This document shows positions 13,845 to 27,019 of a DNA stretch of 64,000 nt, piece by piece (positions within the stretch are counted from its first letter, which is position 1; each line of letters begins with the position of its first letter). This DNA is from Lama guanicoe (taxonomy: Eukaryota), in assembly GCA_013239625.1 (NCBI GenBank), contig MU053559.1, positions 3,350,607-3,414,606 on the forward strand, given 5' to 3'. The notes under the pieces are model-generated. The model was not told where the DNA came from, ran no database searches, and saw nothing but the letters and a program-made list of their open reading frames with translations. Position numbers and translations under genes: made by a program.

Positions 13845-16800
13845 TCTCTATTATGTTTGTTAATATTTGCTGTATATATGTAGGTGCTCCTATGTTAGAT
13901 ACATATATATTTACAATTGTTATATCTTCTTGTTTGATTGATCTTTTTATCACTATGTTATATCCTTTTTTTTTAAATTGAGTTATAGTCAGTTTACAAT
14001 GTTGTGTCAAATTCCAGTGTAGAGCACAATTTTTCAGTTATACCTGAGCATACATATATTCATTGTTGCATTCTTTTTCACTGTGAGCTACCACAAGATC
14101 TTGCATATATTTCCCCGTACTATACAGTATAATCTTGTTTATCTATTCTACATTTTGAAATCCCAGTCTATACCTTCCCACTCCCCGCCCCCTTGGCAAC
14201 CACAAGTTTATATTCTATGTCTATGAGTCTGTTTCTGTTTTGTATTTCTGTTTTGTGGTTTGTGTTTTTTTTTAGATTCCACATATGAGCGATCTCATAT
14301 GGTATTTTTCTTTCTGGCTTACTTCATTCGGAATGACATTCTCCAGGGACATCCATGTTGCTGCAAATGGCGCTATGTTGTCATTTTTATGGCTGAATAC
14401 TATTCCATTGTATAAATATACCACCTCTTCTTTATCCAGTCATCTATTGATGGACATTTAGGCTGTTTCCATGTCTTGGCTCTCATAAATAGTGCTGCTA
14501 TGAACATTGGGGTGCAGGTGTCTTTTTGAAGTAGGGTTCCTTCTGGATAGACACCCAGGAGTGGGATTCCTGGGTCATATGGTAAGTCTATTCCTAGTCT
14601 TTTGAGGAATCTCCATACTGTTTTCCACAGTGGCTGCACCAACCTGCATTCCCACCAGAAGTGTAGGAGGGTTCCCTTTTGTCCACAGTCTCTCCAGCAT
14701 TTGTCATTTGTGGACTTTCTAATGATGGCCATTCTGACTGGTGTGAGATGATACCTCATTGTAGTTTTGATTTGCATTTCTCTGATAATTAGTGATATTG
14801 AGCATGTTTTCATGTGCCTATTGATCATTTGTATGTCTTCCTTGGAGAATTGCATGTTTAGGTCTTCTGCCCATTTTTGGATTAGGTTGTTTGTTTTTTT
14901 CTTATTAAGTCGTATGAGCTGTTTATATATTCTGGAGATCAAGCCTTTGTCAGTTTCATCTTTTGCAAAAATTTTCTCCCATTCCATAGGTTGTCGTTTT
15001 GTTTTTGTCATGTCTTGCTTTGTTTTTTGTTACAGTCTTTATTTAAAAGTCTATTTTGTCTAAGTATTGCTACCCTGGCTTTTCTTTCCATTTGCATGGA
15101 ATACCTTTTTCCATCCCCCTCACTTTCATTCTATGTGTCTTTAGATCTGAGATGAGTCTCTTGTAGGCAACATATATATGGGTCCTGTTTATGTATTCAT
15201 TCAGCCACTGTTTTTTGACTGGAACATTTAGTCCATTTACATTTAAATTATTGATTGATTATTGATAGGTAGGTCCTCATTGCCATTTTGTTAATTGTTT
15301 TGGGGTTGTTTTATAGTTTTTTCATCTCTTCTTTTACTCTTTTCCTTTGTGATTTGATGACTATCTTTAGTGTTATGTTTGGATTCCTTTCTTTTTTGCG
15401 TGTTGTATCTATTACAGGCTTTTGGTCTGTGGTTACCATGAGGTCTGTGGTTACCATGAGGTTCATACGTAACAACATATATATGTTGATGATCTCATAA
15501 GTTCAAACACATTCTGAAGACCCTGCATCCCTCCCCACATTTAATATTTTTTGACATCCTATCTTTACAAAAAAGATATTCTACAACCATTTATTGTGGA
15601 TATAGATGATTTTACTATGTTTGTCATTTAACCTTCCTACTCGCTTTATAAGGGGTTTATTTACTATCTTTATTGTATGTTTGCCTTTACCAAGGAGACT
15701 TTTTCTTTTGTAATTTTTATATTTCTAGTTGTAGTCTTTCTTTCCCACTTGGAGAAGTCGCTTTAACATTTCTTGTGTACAATGCTGAACTATTAGTGCT
15801 GAACTAGTAGCTTTTGCTTGTCTGTAAAACTCTATCTGTCCTTAAAATATGAATAGTAGCCTTGCCACGTTCAGTATTCTTGGTTGCAGGCCTTTTCTTT
15901 TTGTCACTTTGAATATGTCATGCTACCCCCTTTGGCCTGCAAAGTTTCTCCTAAAAAATCAGCTGACAGTCTTATGGGAGTTCCCTGGTACATAACTAGT
16001 GCTTTTTTCTTGCTGCTTTTAAGATTCTTTGTCTTTAATTTTGCCATTTCAATTATGATGTGTCTTGGTGTAGACCTCCTTAGGTTCATCTTGTTTGGGA
16101 CTCTCTGTGCATCCTGGACCTGGATATCTGTTTCCTGCCCCGGATTAGGTAAGTTTTCAGGTATCATCTCTTCAAGTATGTTCTCTGCCCCTCTCTCTCT
16201 TCTCCTTCTAGAGCCCCCATCATGTGAATGTCAGTATGCCTGGCATTGCCCCAGATGTCTCTCAAACTAGCCTCATTTTTTTTTAACATTCTTTTTGCTG
16301 TTCAGCTTGGGTGATTTCCACTACTCTGTCTTCTAGCTCACTAATCCTTCCTCTGTGTCTTCTAATTTACTGTTGATTCCTTCTAGTGTATTTTCTATTT
16401 CAGTCATTATATTCTTCAGTTCTGTTTTTTTTTTCTCCTTTATGTTAAAGTTCTCACTGTGTTTATTCTCCTGAGTCTGTTGAGCATCTTTATGATCATT
16501 ACCCTGACCTTTTTACTGCATAGATTGCTTTATCTCCACTTCATTTAGTTCTTTTTCTGAGGTTATGTCTTGTTGAACTTCACTTGGGATATATCCCTTT
16601 GTCTCCTAATTTTGCCAAATTCCATGGTTTCTTTTTTTTTCTATGCATTAGGTAGACTGGTTACGTTTGCTGATCTTGGAGAAGTGGTCTGACATGAGAG
16701 ACATCCTGTGGGACCCAGCAGCACACTCCCCTCTGGTCATCAGAGCTATCTGCTCAAGGGTGCCTCCTATGTGGGCTGCACGGGACTTTCTGTTGTGGTG

Positions 16801-17685
16801 AAGCCAACTACTGTTGGCATGCTGGTAGGCAAGGCTAGCTCCCAGTTTGGTTGGCTGCCAGCCCACTGGTAGGTGGTGCCAGTTCCCAACATGGCTGGCT
16901 ATAAGGCCCACTGGGTCCCAGGGCTGGTGATGGCCTCCTGGTGGGTGGCGCTGGATCTGGTGTGGCTGGCTGTGGAGCCCAAAAGGTTCTGCAGGCAGGC
17001 GTCAGCCCACTGGTGGTAGCGATTGTGTTGGCCCAGTGCTGGTCCTAGGCTGCTGGTCGGTGGGTAAGTTTCCAGTGGTAATAGGCTAGAGAGATTCCAA
17101 AATGGTACTTGCTAGCACCAGTGTCTTCATTGTAGATCGAGCTTCCCCAAATGGCTGCCACCAGCATCTGTAACCTCGGGGCGGTGGTGGGGGGGAGGGG
17201 GTCCCAGTTCCCTCCTGCCTCTGCAGGTGGCTCTCCAAGAACAGCGAGTGGTACTGACCCTGGCTCCTTTTAAATTACTGCCTGTGCACAATCCTTTAAG
17301 AGGTGAGCACTCACACTTTCATGTATATAAATGAGCCCTGCTGATCTTCAAAGCCAGATGTCCTGGAGACTTGTCTTCCGGGTGCAGCAGCCCTGGGCTG
17401 GGGAGCCTGATGTGGGGCTCAGACCCTGTCTCCTTGGGGAGAACTTCTGCACTTGTGATTATTTTCCCATTTGCAGTAGCCTACCTGGGGGTTTGGGTCT
17501 GGACTATACTGCATTTGTTCCCCTCCTACCCATCTTGTGATTCCTTCTTTGTATCTTTAGTTGTGGAAAATCTTTTTTGCCTTCAGGTTGTTCGCATAGT
17601 TTCTCTGTAAATAGTTGTGATTTTGGTATATCCGTGAGAGGAACTAAGCTCGGGGTCTTCCTCCACCACCACCTTGGTCACCTTA
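13845..17685 (-). mobile_element. L1 5' UTR + ORF1 + ORF2 N-terminus; 3' portion missing
   Basis: 5' UTR homologous to those at 20290 and 42874; ORF1 remnant 15904-16167 (QDAQRVPNKMN..TPRHIII, PIRLSADF); endonuclease remnant split by a younger L1. Confidence 0.9.
13966..15010 (-). mobile_element. Young 5'-truncated L1 (ORF2 C-terminus + 3' UTR)
   Basis: ORF 14400-15011 encodes the ORF2 Cys-rich C-terminus; poly-T at 13966; closely similar to the 30362 copy. Confidence 0.95.
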
Positions 17686-17689
17686 TCTG

Positions 17690-19335
17690 CCTTGGATTTT
17701 GTCTTTTGAAAGGTCTTTCAAGTTCACTAATAATTTCTTCTGAAATAATGTAATCTGCCATGAATTCAATGCATCATATTTTTCATCTCATGTACTGTTC
17801 TTAGACTTGGGTCTTTTCATATCTCCATGTCTCTATTCAACATGTTAAAATTTTCCTCTACCTTCTACCTAAAGAATACAGTTGTAATAATGGTTTTAAC
17901 GTCCTTGTCTACTAATTCTATCATCCGTGCAATTTCTATGTCAGTTTAGAGTGGTTGATTTTTTTCCCCATTATCAATAATACCTTCCTGCTTGCTATAT
18001 TATTAGATGCCAGAAGTTTCAACTTTCACTTTGTGGGTGACAGATATATCTGTGTTCTTATAAACACACTTGAGCTTTGTTTTGTGGGTATGATGAAGTT
18101 ACCTGGAAACAATTTCATCCTTTCCGGTCATGCTTTTAAGCTTTGTTAGACAGGAAAAGAACAGCCTTTAGTCTAGGGCTAATTTTTCCACAATACTGAG
18201 GCCCAACCCTTCTGAGCACTCCACCCAATTCCCCATCATTAATGAAGTTTTCTACTCTGTAGTGTTGGGAGCAAGAATGTGGTAGGCAGAATTCTACGAT
18301 GACCCCCCAATGGCCCACACCTTTATATAATCCCCTCCCCACTGAGTCTGGGTATGAATTTTATGATGGGTTAATCATTCTGATGACTGAGTTATATTAT
18401 ACTAAATAATCGATGTTTAAAAAAAAAAAAAAAAGGCTGATTACCCTGGATGGATTTGACCTAAACAAGATGAGCCCTGAAAAAGGACTAGGTCCTTCCT
18501 GGAAGAAGACTTTTGATGCATGCGAGGGAATCAACGTGAGGGAGATTCTCTCTCATTGGTATTGAAGATGGAGAGGGCCATATGGCAAGGATCTGAGACC
18601 ATCCTTTAGGATAAGAGCAACGCCTGCTGACAGCCAGTGAAGAAATGGTGCCTCATTCCTAACAGCCGCAAGGATCTAAATTCTGGCAGCAACAAATGAG
18701 CTTGGCAGTATGTCCTGCCCCAGAGCCTCCGAAAAGGAACCCAGCCCATCCAACACCTTGGCATCAGCCTGTAATACCCTGAGCAGAGGACCCAGCTAAC
18801 CCATATTCAGACTACTGAGTTAAAGAACTGTGAACTAGTAAAATGGGTATTATTTTAAGTCACTAAGTATGTGGTAATTTGTTATACAGCAATTGAAAAT
18901 TAATGTGAGGAACTATATTCTTGGCCTCATGTAACCTCAAGATTTTTTTCCTCTAATTCTTTTGGCTGATTCTTTCCCTGGCCTCAAGTATTTACCTCAC
19001 ATGCATACACTGAGCAATACTCAACAGAAGACTTAATTGGGACGTTCTACAAATATTTAGCGTTCTATCTCTGTGTATTTCTCTTTTCCAACAGTCTGCC
19101 TTGAGAATGTTTCTCCTTGACCTCTCTGAAGTCCAAGCTTTGTCTACTCAACTCAGGGAGGATGCTAGCCGCTGCCTGAGATCCTTTTCCCTACATTTAT
19201 GAAAGTGTCTCCAGGCTGTAAGCTCGGAAACAATAGGGTTAACCTCATTTGTTTCCTCTCAGAGATCACTGCCCTTGTTAATGTCTAATCTCTTGAAAGC
19301 TACAGTTTCACCTGTTTTGTCTATTTTGTCGTTGT
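17690..19335 (-). mobile_element. Old L1 5' region (L1M-type)
   Basis: Resembles the plus-strand segments at 29450-30340 and 37670-38740. Confidence 0.55.
18278..18907 (+). mobile_element. MLT1 (D/E-like) solo LTR
   Basis: TGTGGTAGGCAGAATTCTA start; TGTGGTAATTTGTTATACAGCAAT end; degenerate 5-bp TSD AAGAA/AGGAA. Confidence 0.85.
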
Positions 19336-19440
19336 TTCAAGACAAAAGCAGATGATGTACCTTTTTAAAGGTGTATTACATAATTATATAATTTTTAGTT
19401 GGTAAGTGCTCTAATTTTGTATGTAAAAAGTAAGCATCTT

Positions 19441-19849
19441 CACCTCATACCTCTCAGAATGGCTGTCATCAAAAAGGACACAAATAACAAAATGTGGGTG
19501 AGGATGTGGAGAAAAGGGAACCCTTGTGCACTGTTGGTGGGAATGTAAATTGGCGCAGCCACTGTAGAAAACAATATGATGGTAGGTTTCTCAAAAAACT
19601 AAAAATAGAACTATTAGATAGCCTGGCAATTTCACTTCTGGGTATACATCAAAAACAAAACAAAACAAGACAAAACAAAACACCACTAATTCAAAAAAGA
19701 TACATGCACCCTAATGTTCATAACAGCATTATTTACAATAGCCAAAATATGGAAGCAACTTAAGTATCCACCAACAGGTGGTGAATGGATAAAGATGTGG
19801 TATATATAGACAATAGAATACTATTCAGCTATAAAATAGAAGGGAATTT
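19441..19849 (+). mobile_element. 5'-truncated L1, left part (host of the chimeric insertion)
   Basis: ORF2 C-terminal sequence ending TATTCAGCTATAAAATAGAAGGGAATTT; continues at ~27020. Confidence 0.85.
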
Positions 19850-20253
19850 GGGAGGTGGCGGCAGCGATAAAGGAAAAGGAGGAGATGGTGGCGGAGGAGG
19901 AACAACCCGGCCCCACCCACCAGGCCCCATGCTCACCTGCCTGTGCGCATGTCAGTGGCCTACCATAGGCCTCTGCACATGGCAGCGCTCTGGGTTGGAG
20001 GGAATAGCCTGCTGGGGCGCCAAGGGAAGATGGGGTGGCGGCCTTGGAAAGTGTTTGGACTGTGAGCCATGTAAGAACTCTGTTCTCAAGACCCATTATT
20101 TTAACATTTGGAAGAGACATGTCCAGAAGACACACACTAGACTGAAGGAGGAGTAGGGAATCTGAAGACTCCATATGATATCAGAGCTATTTTTCAGCAG
20201 CCTTCTAAGTTTCCTTTCTCAAAAAGTAGAGACTCATACCTTGGAGACAGGTG
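19850..20253 (+). pseudogene. NRIP1: Processed copy of NRIP1 non-coding 5' exons 1-3 (5' UTR only), fused to L1
   Basis: 20048-20253 closely matches the human NRIP1 exon 2+3 (circNRIP1) sequence as I recall it: GAAGTGTTTGGATTGTGAGC...CATTATTTTAACATTTGG...CCAGAAG|ATGCACACTTGACTGAAGGAGG...GAATCTGAAGACTCC...CTTGGAGACAGACG. It is preceded by GC-rich exon-1-like sequence ending GGCGGCCTTGG, with no introns. Confidence 0.85.
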
Positions 20254-20286
20254 ATTTTCAGGTTTAAAGTCTTTTAAAGGTAATTT

Positions 20287-23200
20287 GGATGACTGGATTA
20301 AGATGGCGGAGTAGAAGGACTTTGATTTCACATTCTCTTATGAACACAACAAAATTACAACTAACGGCTGAACAAGCATTGATAATAAAAAAAAAGACTG
20401 AAACCTACCAGAAAAAGATCTACATCTAAAGATATAATGAAGGAACCACAAGATAATGGAGGGAGGGGATGGTACACTTGTGATATAATCAAACCTCATA
20501 CCCCCCTGGGTGGACGACTGACAACCTGCAGAAAAAATACATTGCAGAGGTTCTACCCACAGGAGTGACAGCTCTGAGCCCCAAGTCAGGGTACCCAGCC
20601 TGGGGGTCTGTCATCAGGAAGAGGAGTCCCCAGAGCATCAGGCTTTGATGGCCAGTGGGGCTTAACTGTAGGAGCTCCACAGGACTGCAGGAAACAGAGA
20701 CATCAGTCTTAGAGGGTGCACACAAAATCTCATGCACACTTAGACCAAGGGCAAAAGCAGGAACTTCATAGAAACCTGGGACAGACCTACATGCTGATTT
20801 TGGAGGGTCTCCTGGGGAAGTGGGGTCCAGCTCTGGCTCACCCTGAGGACATAAAAGCTGATGGCAGATATAATGGCGAGTAATCATTTGCATGCACTCT
20901 CCTCAAGGCTGCCATCTTGCTTGAGTCATTAGCACCAAGACTTGACCCCACCCAACAGCCTGTAGGCTCCAGTGGGGGATGCCTCAGGCCAAACAACTAA
21001 CTGGGTGGGAATACAGCCCCACCATCAGCATACAGGCTGCCTAAAGACTTCCTGAGCCCACAGCTGCCTCTAGACACACCCCTGCCCACCAGAGGAGTAG
21101 GATCCAGCTCCACCCACCACTGGGCAGGCACCAACCCCTCTCACCAGGAAGCCCACACAAGCTTCTAGACCAGCCTACTCCACCAGGGGGCAGACACCAA
21201 AAGCAAGGTAAGTACAATCCCACAGCCTGTGAAACAAGTCCACAAATGCAGGCCGGACACTGGGAAGAGCTGGCCCCTGGTCCCTGGGTAATAAGAGGGT
21301 AGTGTTCTACTGGGATGCATAAGGATGTATCCAACAGAGGGCCACTTCTCCACTCCAAGATTGAGAAACATAACTAACCTCCCACATACATAAATATATC
21401 AAAAGAAATTTAGACAAAATGAGACAGCAGAAGAGTATGTTCCAAAGAAACAAGATAAAATCCCAGAAGAACTATGTGATGTAGAGATAGGCACTCTACC
21501 TGAGAAAGAGTTCAGTGTAATGATTATAAAGATGATCAGAGAACTTGAGGGGTTTATGGATGCACAGAGTAAGAAGTTAGAAAATATAAAGAGCCAAAGA
21601 CTTCTAACTCTTATTAAACAGAGATGAAGAATACAATAACTGAAAAAATTCTACAATATAAGGAACTAAGAGTAGACTAAATAAGGCAGAAGAATGGATC
21701 AGTGGGCTAGAAGACAGATTAGTGGAAATCACTACTGCAGAACAGAAAAAAGAAAAAAGAATGAAAAGAAATGCAGATAGTTTAAGAGAACTCTGGGACA
21801 ACATGAAGCGCACTAATATTCACATTATAGGGGTCCCAGAAGGAGAAGAGAGAAAGAGCCTGAGAAAATATGTGAAGAGATAATAGCTGAAAACTTCCCT
21901 AAATTGGGAAAGGAAATAGTCACTTAAGTCTAGGAAGCACAGTCTCATACAGGATTAACCAACCCCAAGAGGACCTAGACATATTATAATTAAAGTGACA
22001 AAAACTAAAGATAAAGAGATAATATTAAAAGCAACAAGGGAAAAGCAGCAAGTAACATACAAGGGAACTCCCATAAGACTATCAGCTGATTTTTCAGCAG
22101 AAACTCTGCAGGCCAGAAGGGAGTGGCAAGATATGTTTTGAGTGATGAAAGGGAAAAACTTACAACCAAGAATACTCTACCCAGCAAGGCTCTCATACAC
22201 ATTTCATGGAGAAATCAAAAGCTTTACAGATAAGAAAAAGCTAAAAGAATTCAGCATCACCAAATCAGCTTTACAACAAATGATAAAGGAACTTATCTAG
22301 GCAAAAAAGAAATGGCCACAACTATAAATAAGAAAACTATGAAATGGAAAAGCTTACTGGTAAAAGCAAACATAGAGTAATAGTAGGAAATTGTCCACAA
22401 ACAAACTAGGAAGAAGGTTAAGAGACAAAAGCAGCAGTAAAATCATCTGTGTCCACAATAACCATTTAAGGGATACACAAAAGAAATGTAAAGTATAATA
22501 TCAAAAACAGTAATTGTGAGGGGAAGAGAGTACAAATGCAAGGTATTTAAAATGGATTTGATAATTGACATCAGCAACCTACAGCAATTGTGTGTGTGTA
22601 TTTTGTACACACACATATATATATCTCCCAGAAGGAGAGAGAGAGACTGCTATACCAAAACCTCATGCTAACCACAAACCAAAAATCTATAATAGATACA
22701 CACACAAAAAGAAAGGAATGCAAAACGCACTAAAAATAGTCACCAGATAACAAAAGAAACAAAAAAGGAGAAGGGAAAAAAATCTACAAAAACTCAAAAA
22801 CAGTGAACAAAATGGCAATATGAAGATACATGTCAATAATTACCTTAAATGTAAACATACCTTAATTATAAACAGATTTAATGCTCCAAAAGATACATAT
22901 TGCCTGAATAGATACAAAAACAAGACCTATGTATTTGCTGCCTACAGGAGACTCACTTCAGATCTAGAGACACATACAGACTGAAAGTGAGAGGATGGAA
23001 AAAATTACTACATGCGAATGGAAATCAAAAGAAAGCTAGAGTAGCAATACTTCTATAGACAAAAATAGACTTTAAAATAAAGGCTCTTACAAGAGACAAA
23101 GAAGGGTACTACATAATGACTGAGGGATCAATCCAAGAAGATATAACAATTTTAAGTATATATGCACCCAACGTAGGAGCACCTCAATATATAAGGCAAA

Positions 23201-23547
23201 TGTTAACAGACATACAGGGAGAAAATGACACTAACACAATAATAATGAGGGAGTTTACCACTCCACTTACATCAAAGGAGAGATCAGACCAAAAAAATTA
23301 ATAAGGAAACACAGGCCTTTAACCAGGCCTTTAGACCAGATGGACATAACTGATATTTATAGAGCATCCCATCTAAAAGCAGCAGAATACACAATCTCTT
23401 CAAGAGCACATGAAGCATTCTCCAGAATAGATCACATGCTGGGCCACAAAACAAGCCTTGGTAAATTTAAGAAAATCGAAACAATATAAAGCATCTTTTC
23501 TAACCAGAACGCTATGAAATTAGAAATCAACTACAAGAAATAAAACT

Positions 23548-23592
<45 letters not shown>

Positions 23593-26500
23593 AAAACACA
23601 AGCACATGAAGGCCAAACAATATGCTACTAAACAACCAACAGATCACTGAAGAAATCAAGAAGAAATAAAAAATACCTAGAGAAAAAGCAAAATGAAACA
23701 TGACAATTCAAAACCTATGGGATGCAGCAAAAGCAATTCTAAGAGGGAAGTTTATAACTATACAAGCTTACATCAGGAAACAAGAAAAATCCAAATAAAT
23801 AATCTAACTATACATCTAAAGCAACTAGAGAAAAAAGAAACAAAACCTAAAGTTAGAAGAAATCAAAGCAACTAGAGAAAGAACAAACAAAACCCAACAT
23901 TAATATAAGAAATCATAAAGATCAGCAGAAAAATAAATGACATAGAGACTAAGAAAAAAAGAATAGAAAAGATCAATGAAAGTAAAAGCTGCTTCTTTGA
24001 AAAGATAAACAAAATTGATAAACCTTTAGCCAGACTCATCAAGAAAAAAAGGGGGGACAAAAATCAATAAAATCAGAAATGAAAAAGAATTTACAACTGA
24101 TACCACAGAAATATAAGAGATTATAAAAAGCTACTATAAGCAATATATGCAAATAAAACGGACAATCTAGAAGGAATGGACAAATTCTTAGAAAGGCACA
24201 ATTTCCCAAGACTTAACCAGGAAGAAATAGAAAATATGAACAGACCAATTAACAGTACTGGAATTGAATCAGTAATTTTAAAACTCCCAACAAAGAAAAG
24301 TCCAGGACCAGAGTGCTTCACAGCTGAAGTCTACCAAACATTTAGAAAAGAGTTAATGCATATCCTTCTGAAATTATTCCAAAAATTGCAAAAGAAAGAA
24401 GACTTCCAAACTCATTCTATGAGGCCACTATCACTCTGATACCAAAACCAGATTGATCACAGAAAAAGAAAATTACAGGCCAATATCACTTATGAACATA
24501 GATGCAAAAATTCTCCACAAGATACTAGCAAATTGAATCCAACTTGACTCCAACAATACATTAAAAGGATCACATACCATGATTAAGTGAGATTTATCCC
24601 AGGGATGCAAGGATTTTTCAATAGCTACAAATCAATCAGTGTGCTACACCACATTAACAAATTGAAGAATAAACACAGTATGGTCATCTTACTAGATGCA
24701 GAAGATGTTGATAAAATTCAACATCCATTTATGATAAAAACTCTCCAGAAAGGGGGCATAGAGGGAACATACCTCAACATAATAAAGACTACATATGACA
24801 AACCCACAGCTAACATCATACTCAATGGTGAAAAGCATTTCCTCTAAGATCAGGAACAAGACAAGGATGCCCACTCCTGCCACTTTTATTCAACACAGTT
24901 TTTGACCTCCTAGCCACTGCAATCAGAGAATAAAGAGAAATAGAGGGAATCCAAATCAGAAAAGAAGTAAAACTGTCACTGTTTGCAGATGACATGATAC
25001 TATACATAAAAAATCCTAAAGAGGCTACCAGAAAGCTACTAGAGCTCATCAATGCATTTGGTAAAGTTCCAGGATACAAAATTAATACACAAAAATCAGT
25101 TGCATTTCTATACACTAACAATGAAATTTCAGAAAAAAAATTAAGAAAATAATCCCATTTACCACTGCATCAAAAAGAATAAAATACCTAGGAATAAACC
25201 TACCTAAGGAGGCAAAGGACCCGTACTCCGGAACCTCTAAGATGCTAATGAAAGAAATTGAAAACAATACAAATAGATGAAAAGGTATACCATGTTCTTG
25301 GATTGGAAGAATCAATATTGTTAAAACGGCCATACTACCCAAGGCAATCTACAGATTCAATGCAATCCCTACCAAATTACAAACAGCATTTTTCACAATA
25401 TGAAACTAAACAAAATAAAACAATTTTTAATCTGTATGGAAACACAAAAGATCCCAAATAGACAAAACAATCTTGAGAGAGAAGAACAGAGCTAGAGGAA
25501 TCATATTCCCTGACTTCAGACTATACTACAAAGGTACAGTAATCAAAACAGTATGGTACTGGCACAAGAACCAACACACACTTCAATGGAACAGGATAGA
25601 AAGTCCAGAAATAAACCTACACACTTATGATCAATTAATTTATGACAAAGGAGACAAGAATATACAATGGAGAAAAGACAGTTTCTTCAATAAGTGGTGC
25701 TGGGAAAACTGGTCAGCTATTTATAAAAGAATTAAATTTAGAACATTCTCTAACACCATGTACAAAAATAAACTCAAAATTGATTAAAGACCTAAATGTA
25801 AGACCACATACTATAAAACTTTTAGAGGAATACATAGGCAACACATTCTTTGACTTAAATTGCAGCAATATTTTTTCTGATCTACTCCTAGAGTAATCAA
25901 AATAAAAACAAACAAATGAGGCCTTATTAAACTTAGAAGCATATGTATATCAAAGGAAACTATAAATAAAATGAAAAGACAACCTATGGAATGTGAGAAA
26001 ATATTTGCAAATTATTTGACAGAATGAGATTAATTTCCAAAATATATAAACAGCTCATACAGCTTAATATGTATTTTTAAAAAACCAATCAAAAAAAAGG
26101 GCAGAAGACCCAAATAGACATTTCTCCATAGAATACATACAGATGGCCAACAGGTACATGAAAAAATGCTCAATATCACTAATTATTAGAGATATGCAAA
26201 GCAAAATTGCAATGAGATATCACCTCATACCAGTAGGAATGGCCATTATTAAAAAGTCTACAAATAATAAATGCTGGAGAGGGTGTGGAGAAAAAGAAAC
26301 CCTCCTATACTGTTGGTGAGAATGTAAATTGGTACAGCCACTATGGAGGACAGTATGGAGGGTCCTTAAAAAATTAACAATAGTTACCATATGATCCAGC
26401 AATCCCACTCCTGGGCATATATCCACAAAAAAACTCTAACTCGAAAAGATACATGCACCCCAATGTTCATAGCACTATTTATAATAGCAAGACATGGAAG

Positions 26501-27019
26501 CAACCTAAATGTCCATCGACAGATGACTGGATAAAGATGTGGTGTATATATATACACACACAATGGTATACAATGGAATATTACTCAGCCATAGAAAACA
26601 ATGAAATAATGCCATTTGCAGCAACATGGATGGACCTAGAGATTATCATATTAAGTGAAATAAGTCAAAGACAAATATCATATGATAATACTTATACTTG
26701 GAACCTGAAAAAAATGATACAAATGAACTTATTGGAAATAGACTTGTACAGACAGAAAACAAATTATGGTTACAAAGGGGAGAAGGGTAGGGGGAGGAAT
26801 AAATTGGGATCTTGGGACTGACATATATACACTATTATATATAAAATTGATAAACAAGGACCTACTGTATGGCACAGGGAACTATGTTCAATAGCTTGTA
26901 ATAACATACTGGAAAACAATCTGAAAAAAAATATGTATGTATATGTATAACTGAATCACTTTGCTGTACATCTGAAACTAACATTGTAAATCAACTATAC
27001 GTCAATAGAAGTAAATTAA
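20287..27019 (+). mobile_element. Full-length inactivated L1 (copy A)
   Basis: AAGATGGCGG (YY1-type) start, ~1.1 kb 5' UTR, ORF1 from ATG ~21419 to ~22342, long spacer, ORF2 from ATG 22812 (FADD at ~24982), 3' UTR; many stops and frameshifts. Confidence 0.95.

Noticed and set aside
15424..15459. 18-bp tandem duplication in the L1 spacer
   Set aside because: Ordinary post-insertion slippage.
19785..20174. ORFs of 123 aa (+) and 117 aa (-)
   Set aside because: They cross the L1/retrocopy junction and GC-rich UTR sequence, with no recognisable protein.
20048..20253. circRNA-derived retrocopy (circNRIP1)
   Set aside because: The exons are in linear 1-2-3 order with exon-1-like sequence upstream and no back-splice junction.
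22591..22615. Perfect hairpin TGTGTGTGTA-TTTTG-TACACACACA in the L1 inter-ORF spacer
   Set aside because: Low-complexity microsatellite expansion absent from copy B, with no sign of function.
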